NCBI GenBank assembly: GCA_020348985.1
Contig: CP070761.1
Span: 1,011,713 to 1,075,712 of the forward strand
DNA: 64,000 nt
DNA from: Candidatus Thorarchaeota archaeon
GTDB taxonomy: Archaea; Asgardarchaeota; Thorarchaeia; Thorarchaeales; Thorarchaeaceae
Direction: 5' to 3'
The position numbers were made by a program, and so were the translations under genes. Shown piece after piece: positions 1 to 8,909 of this stretch; position 1 is the first letter of the stretch; each line of letters begins with the position of its first letter. The notes below the pieces were generated by a model, which was given only the letters and a program-made list of their open reading frames with translations, was not told the origin of the DNA and did no database searches.

Positions 1-1
1 G

Positions 2-610
2 TTGAGATTCACCAACACTAAGACTTCCTGGATTGTCGATCAAGTCGTCGATCTCCAGATCAACAAGATCGAGGGTTTCCAGGACTCTTCTCCTGACCTC
101 TTTCTCCGGAACACTATAGTCTTGTGCACGCAGCGCGTCAAGAGCCTGGGTCCAAAGACCGACAGTCGGATTGAGTGACTGAGATGTTCCCTGAGGAATG
201 TATGTTATATCGCTTCCAATGATTTTCCGCCGCTCCTCTTTGTCCATGGTTAGGAGGTTCCTTCTATCAAAAACGATCTCGCCCTCTAAGCCCGGCAAGT
301 CTTGGCCAATATCCTCAGAAGTAAGTCCTTTGCTTCGTGCGTCCTCACGGAGTGCCCAGAGATCTTTCGATTCTTTGTCGGCGCTTGAGGATGAATGAGA
401 TCTAGCGATAGTCTCGAAGATTCCAAGGATTGCCAGTGCAACTGAGGACTTTCCTGATCCAGACTCTCCGAAAAGACCGACAGTCTCCCCTTTGTGCACC
501 TTCAGACAAATGTCATTGACTGATTTGACAAGCTGGCCCCGGACAAGATAGTATGCCTTGAGACCTCTAATCTCAAGAATCGGAATCTCCCCAGATGGCA
601 TATACTGCAT
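2..610 (-). CDS. Oligopeptide/dipeptide ABC transporter ATP-binding protein (OppD/DppD-like), runs off the left edge of the window
   Basis: Manual translation from ATG 610: MQYMPSGEIPILEIRGLKAYY...GETVGLFGESGSGKS (Walker A), Q-loop YIPQ..SLNP, signature-like LSVGESQ. Not in the ORF track because it is open-ended. Confidence 0.85.
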   Translation of the reverse strand, partial: MQYMPSGEIPILEIRGLKAYYLVRGQLVKSVNDICLKVHKGETVGLFGESGSGKSSVALAILGIFETIARSHSSSSADKESKDLWALREDARSKGLTSEDIGQDLPGLEGEIVFDRRNLLTMDKEERRKIIGSDITYIPQGTSQSLNPTVGLWTQALDALRAQDYSVPEKEVRRRVLETLDLVDLEIDDLIDNPGSLSVGESQ

Positions 611-665
611 TCGTTAACGATTGCACAAATATCCTGCGAACAGCGCTTTGAGCAAGCCGACGCCG

Positions 666-1631
666 TCAGGATGCCCTATCTTGTTTCGTTCTCTGACGAA
701 GATACTCCTTGTAGGCTCGTGGATACATCGCTCCCAGTTCCTCTATTGAGGGAAGCCTGTCGGAATAAGGAATATAAAACTGGCCAGGTTTCACGCTCCA
801 GACTTCTTGGTCTATGATTTCCCGCAGTTGCTTATTGATTTCAAAGCCAATGAAGTGTCTCCAGTTGCCGCGAGCGGCTGCGGCTGTGGTTCCATTTCCC
901 ATGAATGGATCCAGGACCAAATCACCAGGCTGAGATGAGAAGTCAATACATCGCTGAACAACCTGTAAGGGTAGCTTCGTGCTATTCTTCGATTGCCCGG
1001 GTCTGTAATCTCGATTTATGATCCAGACATCTTCAGGGTAGTTCTCCCATTTGTTGAAGAAGTAGTTCTTTGGATCATTTGTGAAGAGAATCAAATGATA
1101 ATGGCTTGTCACGAATCTTCTCTTAGTGAATACACCGAACTGATACTTCCAGATGATGTGGTTCATCATGGCAAGTCCTGCTTTGCGCGCGGATCTGAGA
1201 ATGTCCTCGAGATTGTTCCACCCGCTGAATATGTAGGCTGAGCCCGTGTCTTTCAGAATACGCGGAATCTCACCAATCCATTCGCTTGTGAATTGATCAT
1301 AGGAAGAGAGGACTTCTTCATAGCCTTCAACAACTCTTGTACCATCGCGATTGTACATACTGCTCTTGCCATCGAAATCAATTCCAAACGGCGGATCTGC
1401 AACAATCAGATCAATGGAATCAGAAGGTAGATCTCGCATTCCTTTGACACAGTCTACATACCGGACAGAGTCGAGCTTGACGTCATCTCTGGAACGTGAA
1501 TTCTCGTAGAGATTCTTTGCCTCCTCAGCGGACCAGTCAAAGTCCGGGCGAAAGAAGAACTTCGCTAGATGCGGAACATACTTCCGCCTAAGTCCATCCT
1601 GGGACTTCTTCTGGTCGGTAGATTCATCCAT
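666..1631 (-). CDS. Site-specific DNA methyltransferase (N6-A/N4-C, beta class)
   Basis: Catalytic DPPF precedes the SAM-binding motif VLDPFMGNGTT; GFEIN motif. Confidence 0.9.
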   Translation of the reverse strand: MDESTDQKKSQDGLRRKYVPHLAKFFFRPDFDWSAEEAKNLYENSRSRDDVKLDSVRYVDCVKGMRDLPSDSIDLIVADPPFGIDFDGKSSMYNRDGTRVVEGYEEVLSSYDQFTSEWIGEIPRILKDTGSAYIFSGWNNLEDILRSARKAGLAMMNHIIWKYQFGVFTKRRFVTSHYHLILFTNDPKNYFFNKWENYPEDVWIINRDYRPGQSKNSTKLPLQVVQRCIDFSSQPGDLVLDPFMGNGTTAAAARGNWRHFIGFEINKQLREIIDQEVWSVKPGQFYIPYSDRLPSIEELGAMYPRAYKEYLRQRTKQDRAS

Positions 1632-1720
1632 TGACTACAGCTCACCTGAAAGAGGCTCTACGCTACTACTTCAGCAAGGCCAGCTGATAAGATTATGCCA
1701 TTGCGTTTGAGCGTAAGTCA

Positions 1721-2803
1721 CTACCAAAGGTCGGAGGGGTCTACTCCTCGTGATATTGCCTTCTGAGTCATCCAGTCCGTGAACTTCTCAGGAGGTTCGT
1801 GCTTCTTGTCGCTTCTGGGTGCCAGACTAAGTGCGCCTTCAGGGCAGACTGTTGTACAGACACCACAACCAATGCAGGTGTTCTTGTCAATCTCCAGTAT
1901 GTCTCCTGGCACGCTCAGAGCGTCAAATTGGCATCGTTCAATACAGGTCTCACAGCCAGTGCAAAGATCCTCATCGACATAAGCGAGGAAGTTGGACTTT
2001 ACAAAAGCATGTGGTGCACCAGATTCGTAAACACCCCTAAGGATGCTACAACAACAAGTACAGCAATTGCAAATGTAAGTATGTCCAGTTTGGATGTTCA
2101 TAGTGCAGTGAACCAACCCTGCTTCTTCCGCCTCTCGGAGATGCTGAAGAGATTCTTCCTTAGTGATTGCTCTGATCGTGCGATTATCGTCAAACGCATT
2201 CTCTTTTTTGGGTGCGAATGTAAGACAAATAGAAGTGGGATACTTGCAGGTGTTGTCAAGAAGAGCTTGCTGCGTCCTGCAGATGCAATCCTGTACACCC
2301 CACGATTTTGAGTTCTCTACTATCTGCTCTGCAACTTCATACGGGTACACTTCAAGCTCTGTGTCGATAGCTCGATTAACTGGAAGGACTTGGAAAAGCT
2401 CCGGCTTTGTGCCAAAGAGATCTCCCCCCTTGCTCTTTAGGAAAAGATCCTCTGAGAGCTTGGCAAACTCAGAGTCCATTCTGCCTAGCTGTTCTTCGAA
2501 GATGCCGATGACATATGGGATTAGGCAGTACCGCCTTCCTGTGCTCGAATTCCAGGCATGTATCTGTCCTTTCTCCGCCATGGTTTCGAGGATTGTTACG
2601 AGATTGCCTGGTTCTCTATCTAGACGCGTAGCCATTTCCTCAACCGTTTCGCCTCGAAGCCTCATGTTGCTGGCAAGTTCTGCCTCCTCCGGAGTGAAGA
2701 TCCATTTCAACACCTTGAGATGGGTTCCATCTTCAGTTTGAGGAAAGCTGTTGGGAATCTTGTCGAGTACGTCCGCAAGTCTTTGATATACATCGTCAGT
2801 CAT
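1721..2803 (-). CDS. Multi-Fe-S protein (N-terminal HTH-like region, central CxCR/CNCCxCCC, C-terminal 2x[4Fe-4S] ferredoxin domain)
   Basis: CICR, ICNCCTCCC, CTGCETCIERC, CIGCGVCTTVCP. Confidence 0.85.
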   Translation of the reverse strand: MTDDVYQRLADVLDKIPNSFPQTEDGTHLKVLKWIFTPEEAELASNMRLRGETVEEMATRLDREPGNLVTILETMAEKGQIHAWNSSTGRRYCLIPYVIGIFEEQLGRMDSEFAKLSEDLFLKSKGGDLFGTKPELFQVLPVNRAIDTELEVYPYEVAEQIVENSKSWGVQDCICRTQQALLDNTCKYPTSICLTFAPKKENAFDDNRTIRAITKEESLQHLREAEEAGLVHCTMNIQTGHTYICNCCTCCCSILRGVYESGAPHAFVKSNFLAYVDEDLCTGCETCIERCQFDALSVPGDILEIDKNTCIGCGVCTTVCPEGALSLAPRSDKKHEPPEKFTDWMTQKAISRGVDPSDLW

Positions 2804-2888
2804 TGTGTTTTCCTACATTGATGTTTTGGAGTTCGTGGCCTGAATCTTTGGAAATCCATCTTATTAAGGGACTGTTCTTAATCTAGAA

Positions 2889-4226
2889 TCATGCCGGGCA
2901 CTGCAGTGTGATTCCAATCGGCCCGAGCTCATAATTGACTCGAACAATTGCATCACTGCACTCGACGCCTCTTCCCAGGAGAGCGAGCAGGAGAATCTGT
3001 TGGTAAGGTGGTAGGTATGGAATCCCACTGGCCTTTAGAACCGCTGAGTAGGATTCTCTAACGTCATCTCGTTCTAGACAGGACTCAAGCTGTTTTAGTG
3101 TAGCCTTGTTTTCGAGGAGCATCTCAGAGATTTTCTTCAGGAATATATCCTTTGGAACATTTACTGATGGGCCAAACAACCTCTCTACATTAGCCTCGAA
3201 CCAGTCACGAAGCTGTTCGACTGTGTAGTGAGGAATGACTGTTGGAGGGTTTCCTGCTTCATCTGCGGCAAGAACCCTGACGAGACCCCGTTTTTCAGCC
3301 GAAATCACGAAATCAGTCATGCGTTGGTAGCCAATGTCCTCGTACTCCACACCACTTTCCTCGAGTCCCTCGTCCAAGGCTTGAATCTCTGTGGAAGCAC
3401 CTTGGTCAACTCGGTCTTCGACAAGCTTGACGAAAGTCTCATACGCGGTCTTGGTTTCATTGACAATCTTTACTGTCTCAGGTGTGACACTCTCGGGAAC
3501 AGTCAGTAGGGTCCCAGGCAGGGTTCCCTCCAGTGAAACATATCCTTCACTCTCGGCCCACTCTAGGAACTCTGTCCAACCAGAGAAGCCCATGAGGATT
3601 TCGTTAAAGTCAGGGTTGAGTGACACCATCACGTGTTTGACATGGCCCATTCCTGGCTTGTTCCCAGCGTCAACAACGGCACGAATCGCTTCCTGGAGCT
3701 TAACTGCGACAATCCTGCGATACTCATCAGAGCCCATTAAGCTGGCATCACATTCACTGGGATCTCTGCACTCGATGGCCGACGGCCGATACGAATGGAT
3801 GTCGGTATACTTTGTAGCCAAATCAAAAAGGTCGGACGCGGTTATCAAAGGGTTGCTGATGAGCCAGATTTGCAGGCCCTTCTGTCGAAGTGCTCCCAAT
3901 ACAAGCTTGAAATCACCATCACCAGTAATCAGGACGTAATTTGTTGTCTCTGAGTAGTGCATCAGGTGATCAATGATGTATGCAGCCATTTTGTAGTCTG
4001 CTGCATTCTCGGTGTCAGATGGAATATGGACGAGATCATATCCCAGTGAATAGAGGTCTTCAGCAAGCTCACGTCGATTATCCCAATCTGCAAATGCATA
4101 CATTCTGTCGACAGTGCCCAGAGAATGGATTGCCTCGGTCATCGTTCGGTGCGTATCACTATCGTCGTGAACGTTTTCAACATCCCAGAAGACAGCTAGA
4201 TGCGTAGCACTATCTGTTTCGGTCAA
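2889..4226 (-). CDS. NYN (PIN-like) ribonuclease with two OST-HTH/LOTUS domains
   Basis: AVFWDVENV, ENAADYKM, LITGDGDF; LOTUS-like PDFNEILMGFSGWTEFL and YEDIGYQRMTDFV. Confidence 0.8.
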   Translation of the reverse strand: MTETDSATHLAVFWDVENVHDDSDTHRTMTEAIHSLGTVDRMYAFADWDNRRELAEDLYSLGYDLVHIPSDTENAADYKMAAYIIDHLMHYSETTNYVLITGDGDFKLVLGALRQKGLQIWLISNPLITASDLFDLATKYTDIHSYRPSAIECRDPSECDASLMGSDEYRRIVAVKLQEAIRAVVDAGNKPGMGHVKHVMVSLNPDFNEILMGFSGWTEFLEWAESEGYVSLEGTLPGTLLTVPESVTPETVKIVNETKTAYETFVKLVEDRVDQGASTEIQALDEGLEESGVEYEDIGYQRMTDFVISAEKRGLVRVLAADEAGNPPTVIPHYTVEQLRDWFEANVERLFGPSVNVPKDIFLKKISEMLLENKATLKQLESCLERDDVRESYSAVLKASGIPYLPPYQQILLLALLGRGVECSDAIVRVNYELGPIGITLQCPA

Positions 4227-4409
4227 ATGACCACCACCTGGATTCGAGTGTCAGGGACAGGCTAATAGGATTGTCGAATGCGAGCTGTTCAGACTGTTTC
4301 GAGACGAATAACAGACCACATGTCATCTAAGGAGATTTGAGAGGCTGCAGTCATACCAATCGTCTTGCTTTAGACCCAGATACTGGGCCTGGAGCGCTTG
4401 GTCAGACTC

Positions 4410-5258
4410 TCAAGGCAATTCTACAGTGGATACAACTGGCAGATGATCGCTTCCTAACGCAGATGAAATGACCCAGCATGACACAACATTGATGTCAGGA
4501 CTAACCCAGATGTAGTCAATTCGTTCATAAGGCCCGATGCTTGGCCATGTGAAGCCTTCTGGGGGGTTGAGTACGTTTCCGGCTGCGGTCCATGTATCAT
4601 TGAGATGTTCTGAGATATCTTCATAGATCGTATCGTTTTCGCTGACAACACCAGGCTCTGGTTCTCCTGTCGGCTGGGTATTGAAATCTCCCATCAGTAC
4701 CTTTGGGAATGGAGCAGCATTCACAATACCCATCACCTCTTCGGCCTGTGTGGTTCGATCGACGTAGGAGAGTCCCAAATGTACCACGAAGACTGTCAAT
4801 TGCGTGGCTCCAACTTCGACAGTTGCTTCAATGAGGACGCGAGGCAATTCCTCGTGCGAAAGCAAATGATAGGTGGCATTTGCGATTGGATACTTCGATA
4901 GTAGCGCAACCCCTATAATCTGTTCACTGGAGGGCGGGCCATAGTAGCTGTACATGTTCAACTCATTCGCAAGCCAGAGGATTGTGTCTATGTTCATCGA
5001 GCTAATCCTGGTGGTATCACATTCCTGAAGACCGATTATGTCAGCATTTCCGGCGACGATTGTGTCTCTAATGGCCTCAAGATTGATAGCTCCTTCGGGG
5101 GTGTAGCCCTGATAGATGTTGTATGTCATCAGAGCAAGCGGTTGAGTCGGAGTTGTATCGGGTGTAGGCGGCAGCGTCTGCACGAGACCAATCATGGAAC
5201 CCAAGAGGAAGATGATGGACAAGAATACCGTGATTCTGAACGTATTTGTAGAACTCAT
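4410..5258 (-). CDS. Membrane-anchored endonuclease/exonuclease/phosphatase (EEP) domain protein, similar to the Cwh43/PGAP2IP C-terminal domain
   Basis: N-terminal TM; MTYNI, DIIGLQE, LLSKYPI, MGDFN, RIDYIW, SDHLPV. Confidence 0.85.
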   Translation of the reverse strand: MSSTNTFRITVFLSIIFLLGSMIGLVQTLPPTPDTTPTQPLALMTYNIYQGYTPEGAINLEAIRDTIVAGNADIIGLQECDTTRISSMNIDTILWLANELNMYSYYGPPSSEQIIGVALLSKYPIANATYHLLSHEELPRVLIEATVEVGATQLTVFVVHLGLSYVDRTTQAEEVMGIVNAAPFPKVLMGDFNTQPTGEPEPGVVSENDTIYEDISEHLNDTWTAAGNVLNPPEGFTWPSIGPYERIDYIWVSPDINVVSCWVISSALGSDHLPVVSTVELP

Positions 5259-6520
5259 TCCACCGCCTCCTGTGTAAGAAGTCTCGGTGATGCCAATAGA
5301 GATGAGAGAATCAGAAGACTGAATGCTAGGACGACTATGTAAGGTGAGAACCCTTCCAGTGCGGGCAGTACCTGTCCTGCGACGAATGACAGAACGAAGA
5401 ATAGTGTGAAGAAGAGCAGAAAAGTCATTCCTATGAGATGAAAAATGCCGCTACTTGACAGGCGGCCACCAGACCTGTTCAGATAGCTCCATAAGACTCC
5501 TAGGTCCATCAGCAGCACAAATGACCCAAGACCTGCTACAATACCCGCTAAAGGAGAATGAAAGAGAATCAGGTCAGCCGCCGCCAGAGCCAAGAATGCG
5601 TTTGCCACCAACACTCCGTCAATTCGTTTCATGATGCACCTAAATGACGGATGATGAACCACGATTGCATAAAGCAGCGTTCCAATCAGGATCATTACGA
5701 GTGAGGTTTCGTAGTCAGTGCCAGTCCATCTGGCGACACTACTGGGATATGCAAAGAATGACGTTACGAGAAACATGAATCCACCAAAGCCCGCTCCAAG
5801 AAACACGATCATGAGTCTTGATCCCATTCCTTCCGAGAACTGTGCGTCTTCCAAAACAGCACCCTTGTTGTCCTTGTACACAATACAAAGCACTATGAAT
5901 GCCACCGCCGAAAGAACAGCACTCACAAGAATGCCGGAATATCCGACTGTGAAATCCCAGGTTGCCCCCAACGCCCTGAACATAATGTCACATGCCAAGG
6001 CTAATGCAAAGCCGGCAACAGTCATTTCTGACCGAGAAGGGATACTAGTTGGATAGTCCACAGGATTAATCGCCATTGTTGAGGGAAGATAGACACCGTA
6101 GAAAGCCGTCAGGAGTCCAGCCACTAGGAGGGCTAATGAAGCATAACCAGCAACAAAGGGCAATGCCAGTCGAAGGGCAACAATTCCCATGCCGGTCACG
6201 ATAGTTAACATGAATGATCCAAATCGTTTCAAGATAAAGACAGCAATTGGCGAAAGCAATAGGAACACATACAGAACAGAGATTCCTATGGCCATTGCAC
6301 CAAGATTCTGGAAGTAGATTTGACCAATGAAGACCCTGAGCGATTCCAAAAAGAACAGCGTCATCATCATCGGTTGAACCAAATCCCGAAGAAGGACAGG
6401 TCCTTCATCTCCAAAAACTCGTTGAGATAATTGAGTCTGTACAGTCATGACTGATGCGCCCTTTCCATCCAAAGCGACTTCCTTGAGGGGCCAATCTGTC
6501 CAATATACTTTCGCGCTCAC
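5255..6520 (-). CDS. Polytopic membrane protein (about 11-12 TM), translationally coupled to the EEP gene
   Basis: Alternating hydrophobic helices; ATGA overlap at 5255-5258; the real start may be an internal Met. Confidence 0.75.
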   Translation of the reverse strand: MSAKVYWTDWPLKEVALDGKGASVMTVQTQLSQRVFGDEGPVLLRDLVQPMMMTLFFLESLRVFIGQIYFQNLGAMAIGISVLYVFLLLSPIAVFILKRFGSFMLTIVTGMGIVALRLALPFVAGYASLALLVAGLLTAFYGVYLPSTMAINPVDYPTSIPSRSEMTVAGFALALACDIMFRALGATWDFTVGYSGILVSAVLSAVAFIVLCIVYKDNKGAVLEDAQFSEGMGSRLMIVFLGAGFGGFMFLVTSFFAYPSSVARWTGTDYETSLVMILIGTLLYAIVVHHPSFRCIMKRIDGVLVANAFLALAAADLILFHSPLAGIVAGLGSFVLLMDLGVLWSYLNRSGGRLSSSGIFHLIGMTFLLFFTLFFVLSFVAGQVLPALEGFSPYIVVLAFSLLILSSLLASPRLLTQEAVE

Positions 6521-6581
6521 GCACCAATTGACAAATCATTTGACTAACGGGATGACAACGTCCGGTATTTCTGAAGAGAAT

Positions 6582-7667
6582 TCAAACCAGATCGGTGTAG
6601 TCCACTCCACGAGCACGCACCTTCGCCTTTGTCCACTCCCATAGAGATTCTGGGGGGGTAGTCCTCTCACTTGGGTCCCGTAATATGAGACTCAATGCAT
6701 TCTCAGGGCAGACGACCGAACACACCCCACACCCAACACACCGCACATGATCCACTTGGCAAAGATCATCAACAATGGACAAGGCGTCGAACTGGCATCT
6801 GTCAATGCATGATTCGCAGCCCGTGCATGTGCTGTCATCAACATTCGCAAAATAGTCTGATTTCAAAAAGGCATGGGGCTGACCCCATTCCGCGGCCCCT
6901 CTAAGCATGGTGCAGCAGCACGTACAACAGTTGCAGATGTAGCTATGTCCCTTCTGCGCATTCATTGAGCAATGAATCAACCCGTCCTCTTCTGCCTGAT
7001 GGAGTATCCTAATCGCCTCATCTTTGGAGATCGGTTTTGTCAGTGGATCGTCATCATAGGCATTCTCGCGTCTAGGGGCGATGAGTAGACAGACAGAGGT
7101 GGGATACTTGCACTGCTCACCAAGAATGCCCTTATGATTCTTGCAGGCACATTCTCGAAGACCCCACGATTTTGCGCTCTCTAGAATCTTCTCAGCAACT
7201 TCGTAGGGATAAACCTCAAGCTCGGCTTTAACAGCCCGATTCACTGGAATAACCTTGAAGATAGGAGGCTCGGTGGTGAACAGTCCATCGCCTCGGCCCT
7301 TCTGAAAGTATTGCTCAACAAGCTCCGCAAATTCCTCGTCGGCACGGCCCATCTGCTCTTCCCAGATTCCGCCTATGAAGACGAGTAGAGCATATCTCCT
7401 TCCTGTGCTTGAATCCCATGCCCTAATCTGCCCTTTCTTGGCCATGGCTTCAAGCTTGTCAACAAGCCCCTCCAACGGTATAGCGATTCTAGTAGACAGT
7501 TCTTCTGCGGTTTCGCCGCGGGCCTTCATCTTGCTGGCCAGGTCTGCCTCCTCTGGGGTAAAGATCCACTCAAGAACACGCAAATGCGTGCCATCCTCAA
7601 TGTGCGTGAATCCGTTTGGTAACTTGTCAAGTGTAGCAGCAAGCCGTTCATAGGGACTGGACGACAT
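6582..7667 (-). CDS. Multi-Fe-S protein, paralog of 1721..2803
   Basis: Same architecture: CACK, ICNCCTCCC, CTGCESCIDRC, CVGCGVCSVVCP. Confidence 0.85.
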   Translation of the reverse strand: MSSSPYERLAATLDKLPNGFTHIEDGTHLRVLEWIFTPEEADLASKMKARGETAEELSTRIAIPLEGLVDKLEAMAKKGQIRAWDSSTGRRYALLVFIGGIWEEQMGRADEEFAELVEQYFQKGRGDGLFTTEPPIFKVIPVNRAVKAELEVYPYEVAEKILESAKSWGLRECACKNHKGILGEQCKYPTSVCLLIAPRRENAYDDDPLTKPISKDEAIRILHQAEEDGLIHCSMNAQKGHSYICNCCTCCCTMLRGAAEWGQPHAFLKSDYFANVDDSTCTGCESCIDRCQFDALSIVDDLCQVDHVRCVGCGVCSVVCPENALSLILRDPSERTTPPESLWEWTKAKVRARGVDYTDLV

Positions 7668-7924
7668 GGGGGGTCAACACTTCGAAAGCAATCCTACGGA
7701 TATTTCTTGTTGTAAAGGCGGCACTCCTAACGCATGAAGTAGCCGGCGTAGCCAAGTGATGAATCCGGGTACAGAGTTTCCAGGTCTATCGGTCAAGAGA
7801 GCAAAGTGAGTTTATGTACACGGTCATTACAGCACGGCGCCCAGTAGAATTCGCGGAGTTCGATATCCTCTTATCGAATCTGTGCGAGTTATACTGTTCC
7901 AATTGCGGTTTGGGAGGTGATAGA

Positions 7925-8212
7925 ATGAAGTACGTTGTGTTCTGGGAATACAATCCAAACGAGATCGATAGTGCGGTCAAGAAGCTCAAAGCTTTCAGAG
8001 AAGAGGTCAAGAAGAACCCGGAGAAATACGCGAAACCGCTAACTCCAAACTACACAATGAGTGTTGGGTTCAAGGGATTCCAGATATTCGAGTCTGACGA
8101 CCCTGAACAGCTAGCAAGAATGGTGCTTCACTACAGACCTGAAGTGAAATTCGAGATTGTACACATCACTGAAACAAAGAAGACCGTCAGTCTCTATGAC
8201 GAATACAAATAA
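7925..8212 (+). CDS. Small DUF3303-like protein
   Basis: GGAGGTGA RBS upstream of ATG 7925 (MKYVVFWEY...KGFQIFESDDPEQL). Confidence 0.6.
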   Translation: MKYVVFWEYNPNEIDSAVKKLKAFREEVKKNPEKYAKPLTPNYTMSVGFKGFQIFESDDPEQLARMVLHYRPEVKFEIVHITETKKTVSLYDEYK

Positions 8213-8342
8213 TGATGACCAAAACGAAGCACCATCCTTTTCTCAGAGCTTGTCTCCTGTCATGCATTATTCCACTCAGAATTTGAAGTGAGGGAGCAAC
8301 TAGGATATGTCAGTCAAGTTAGGGATAACTAACTGAACTTAT

Positions 8343-8789
8343 CTAACGTTCAACTCTAACCACGGACTCAAAGTCACTCACAATATACATCTTGTCAATG
8401 CCTACCTTCACAATGGCGCAGTCATCTGATTCGACAAAGTTCCGTAGACCTGGATGTCTTGCAAGCAAGAACTCGGCCAATTCTTGGCGGGATTTGCCGG
8501 ACACATCTTCTGCATCTCCAATAAGAGCGACCGAGATTGTTTCCTCGAAATCCGATGGTCTGTTCTTCCTATTATCAATCATGAGTGTAACTCGGGGGTT
8601 TTCAATCATGTTTCTGTACTTCAACCTCTTCCGCTTGGTGGCGAACACAATTGATCCATAGTCCTCAGTGACAGAGAATGCAACTAAGCTGAGGTAGGGA
8701 TCTCCTTCACCTCTTGTACCCAGAACAGCAAATAGCTGGTCTCTGTATAGGTCGCCTAATCGTGATTGGTCCGAATCGCTGATCTTCAT
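8343..8789 (-). CDS. Pyridoxamine 5'-phosphate oxidase-like (split-barrel flavin-binding) protein
   Basis: AVLGT..G.PY.SLV, FAT....KYRNM.ENPRV. Confidence 0.8.
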   Translation of the reverse strand: MKISDSDQSRLGDLYRDQLFAVLGTRGEGDPYLSLVAFSVTEDYGSIVFATKRKRLKYRNMIENPRVTLMIDNRKNRPSDFEETISVALIGDAEDVSGKSRQELAEFLLARHPGLRNFVESDDCAIVKVGIDKMYIVSDFESVVRVER

Positions 8790-8893
8790 CTTGGCACACC
8801 TTTATGTTCGGTGTTGAGTAAATCAGACACAACGACGTACAGCCGAACAGATTAGTATTGTTGCCCATCTGCAAATGCTTATATTAACTCCGT

Positions 8894-8909
8894 ATTAACT
8901 ATAGTTAAT
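8894..8909. promoter_or_regulatory. Perfect 16-bp palindrome ATTAACTATAGTTAAT, probable operator between a TATA-like box and the start codon
   Basis: Exact inverted repeat downstream of CTTATATT (8878-8885) and abutting the start at 8910. Confidence 0.6.

Noticed and set aside
5255-5258. Frameshift pseudogene of a single Cwh43-like gene
   Set aside because: A clean ATGA overlap with a GGAGG RBS-like sequence upstream, and the second ORF's own TM anchor, suggest two real genes; a recent split cannot be excluded
7742-7870. tRNA-like start GCCGGCGTAGCCAAGTG and a downstream GTTCGA; also a C-box-like GTGATGA
   Set aside because: No matching acceptor 3' strand, anticodon arm or T-stem, and no nearby D box
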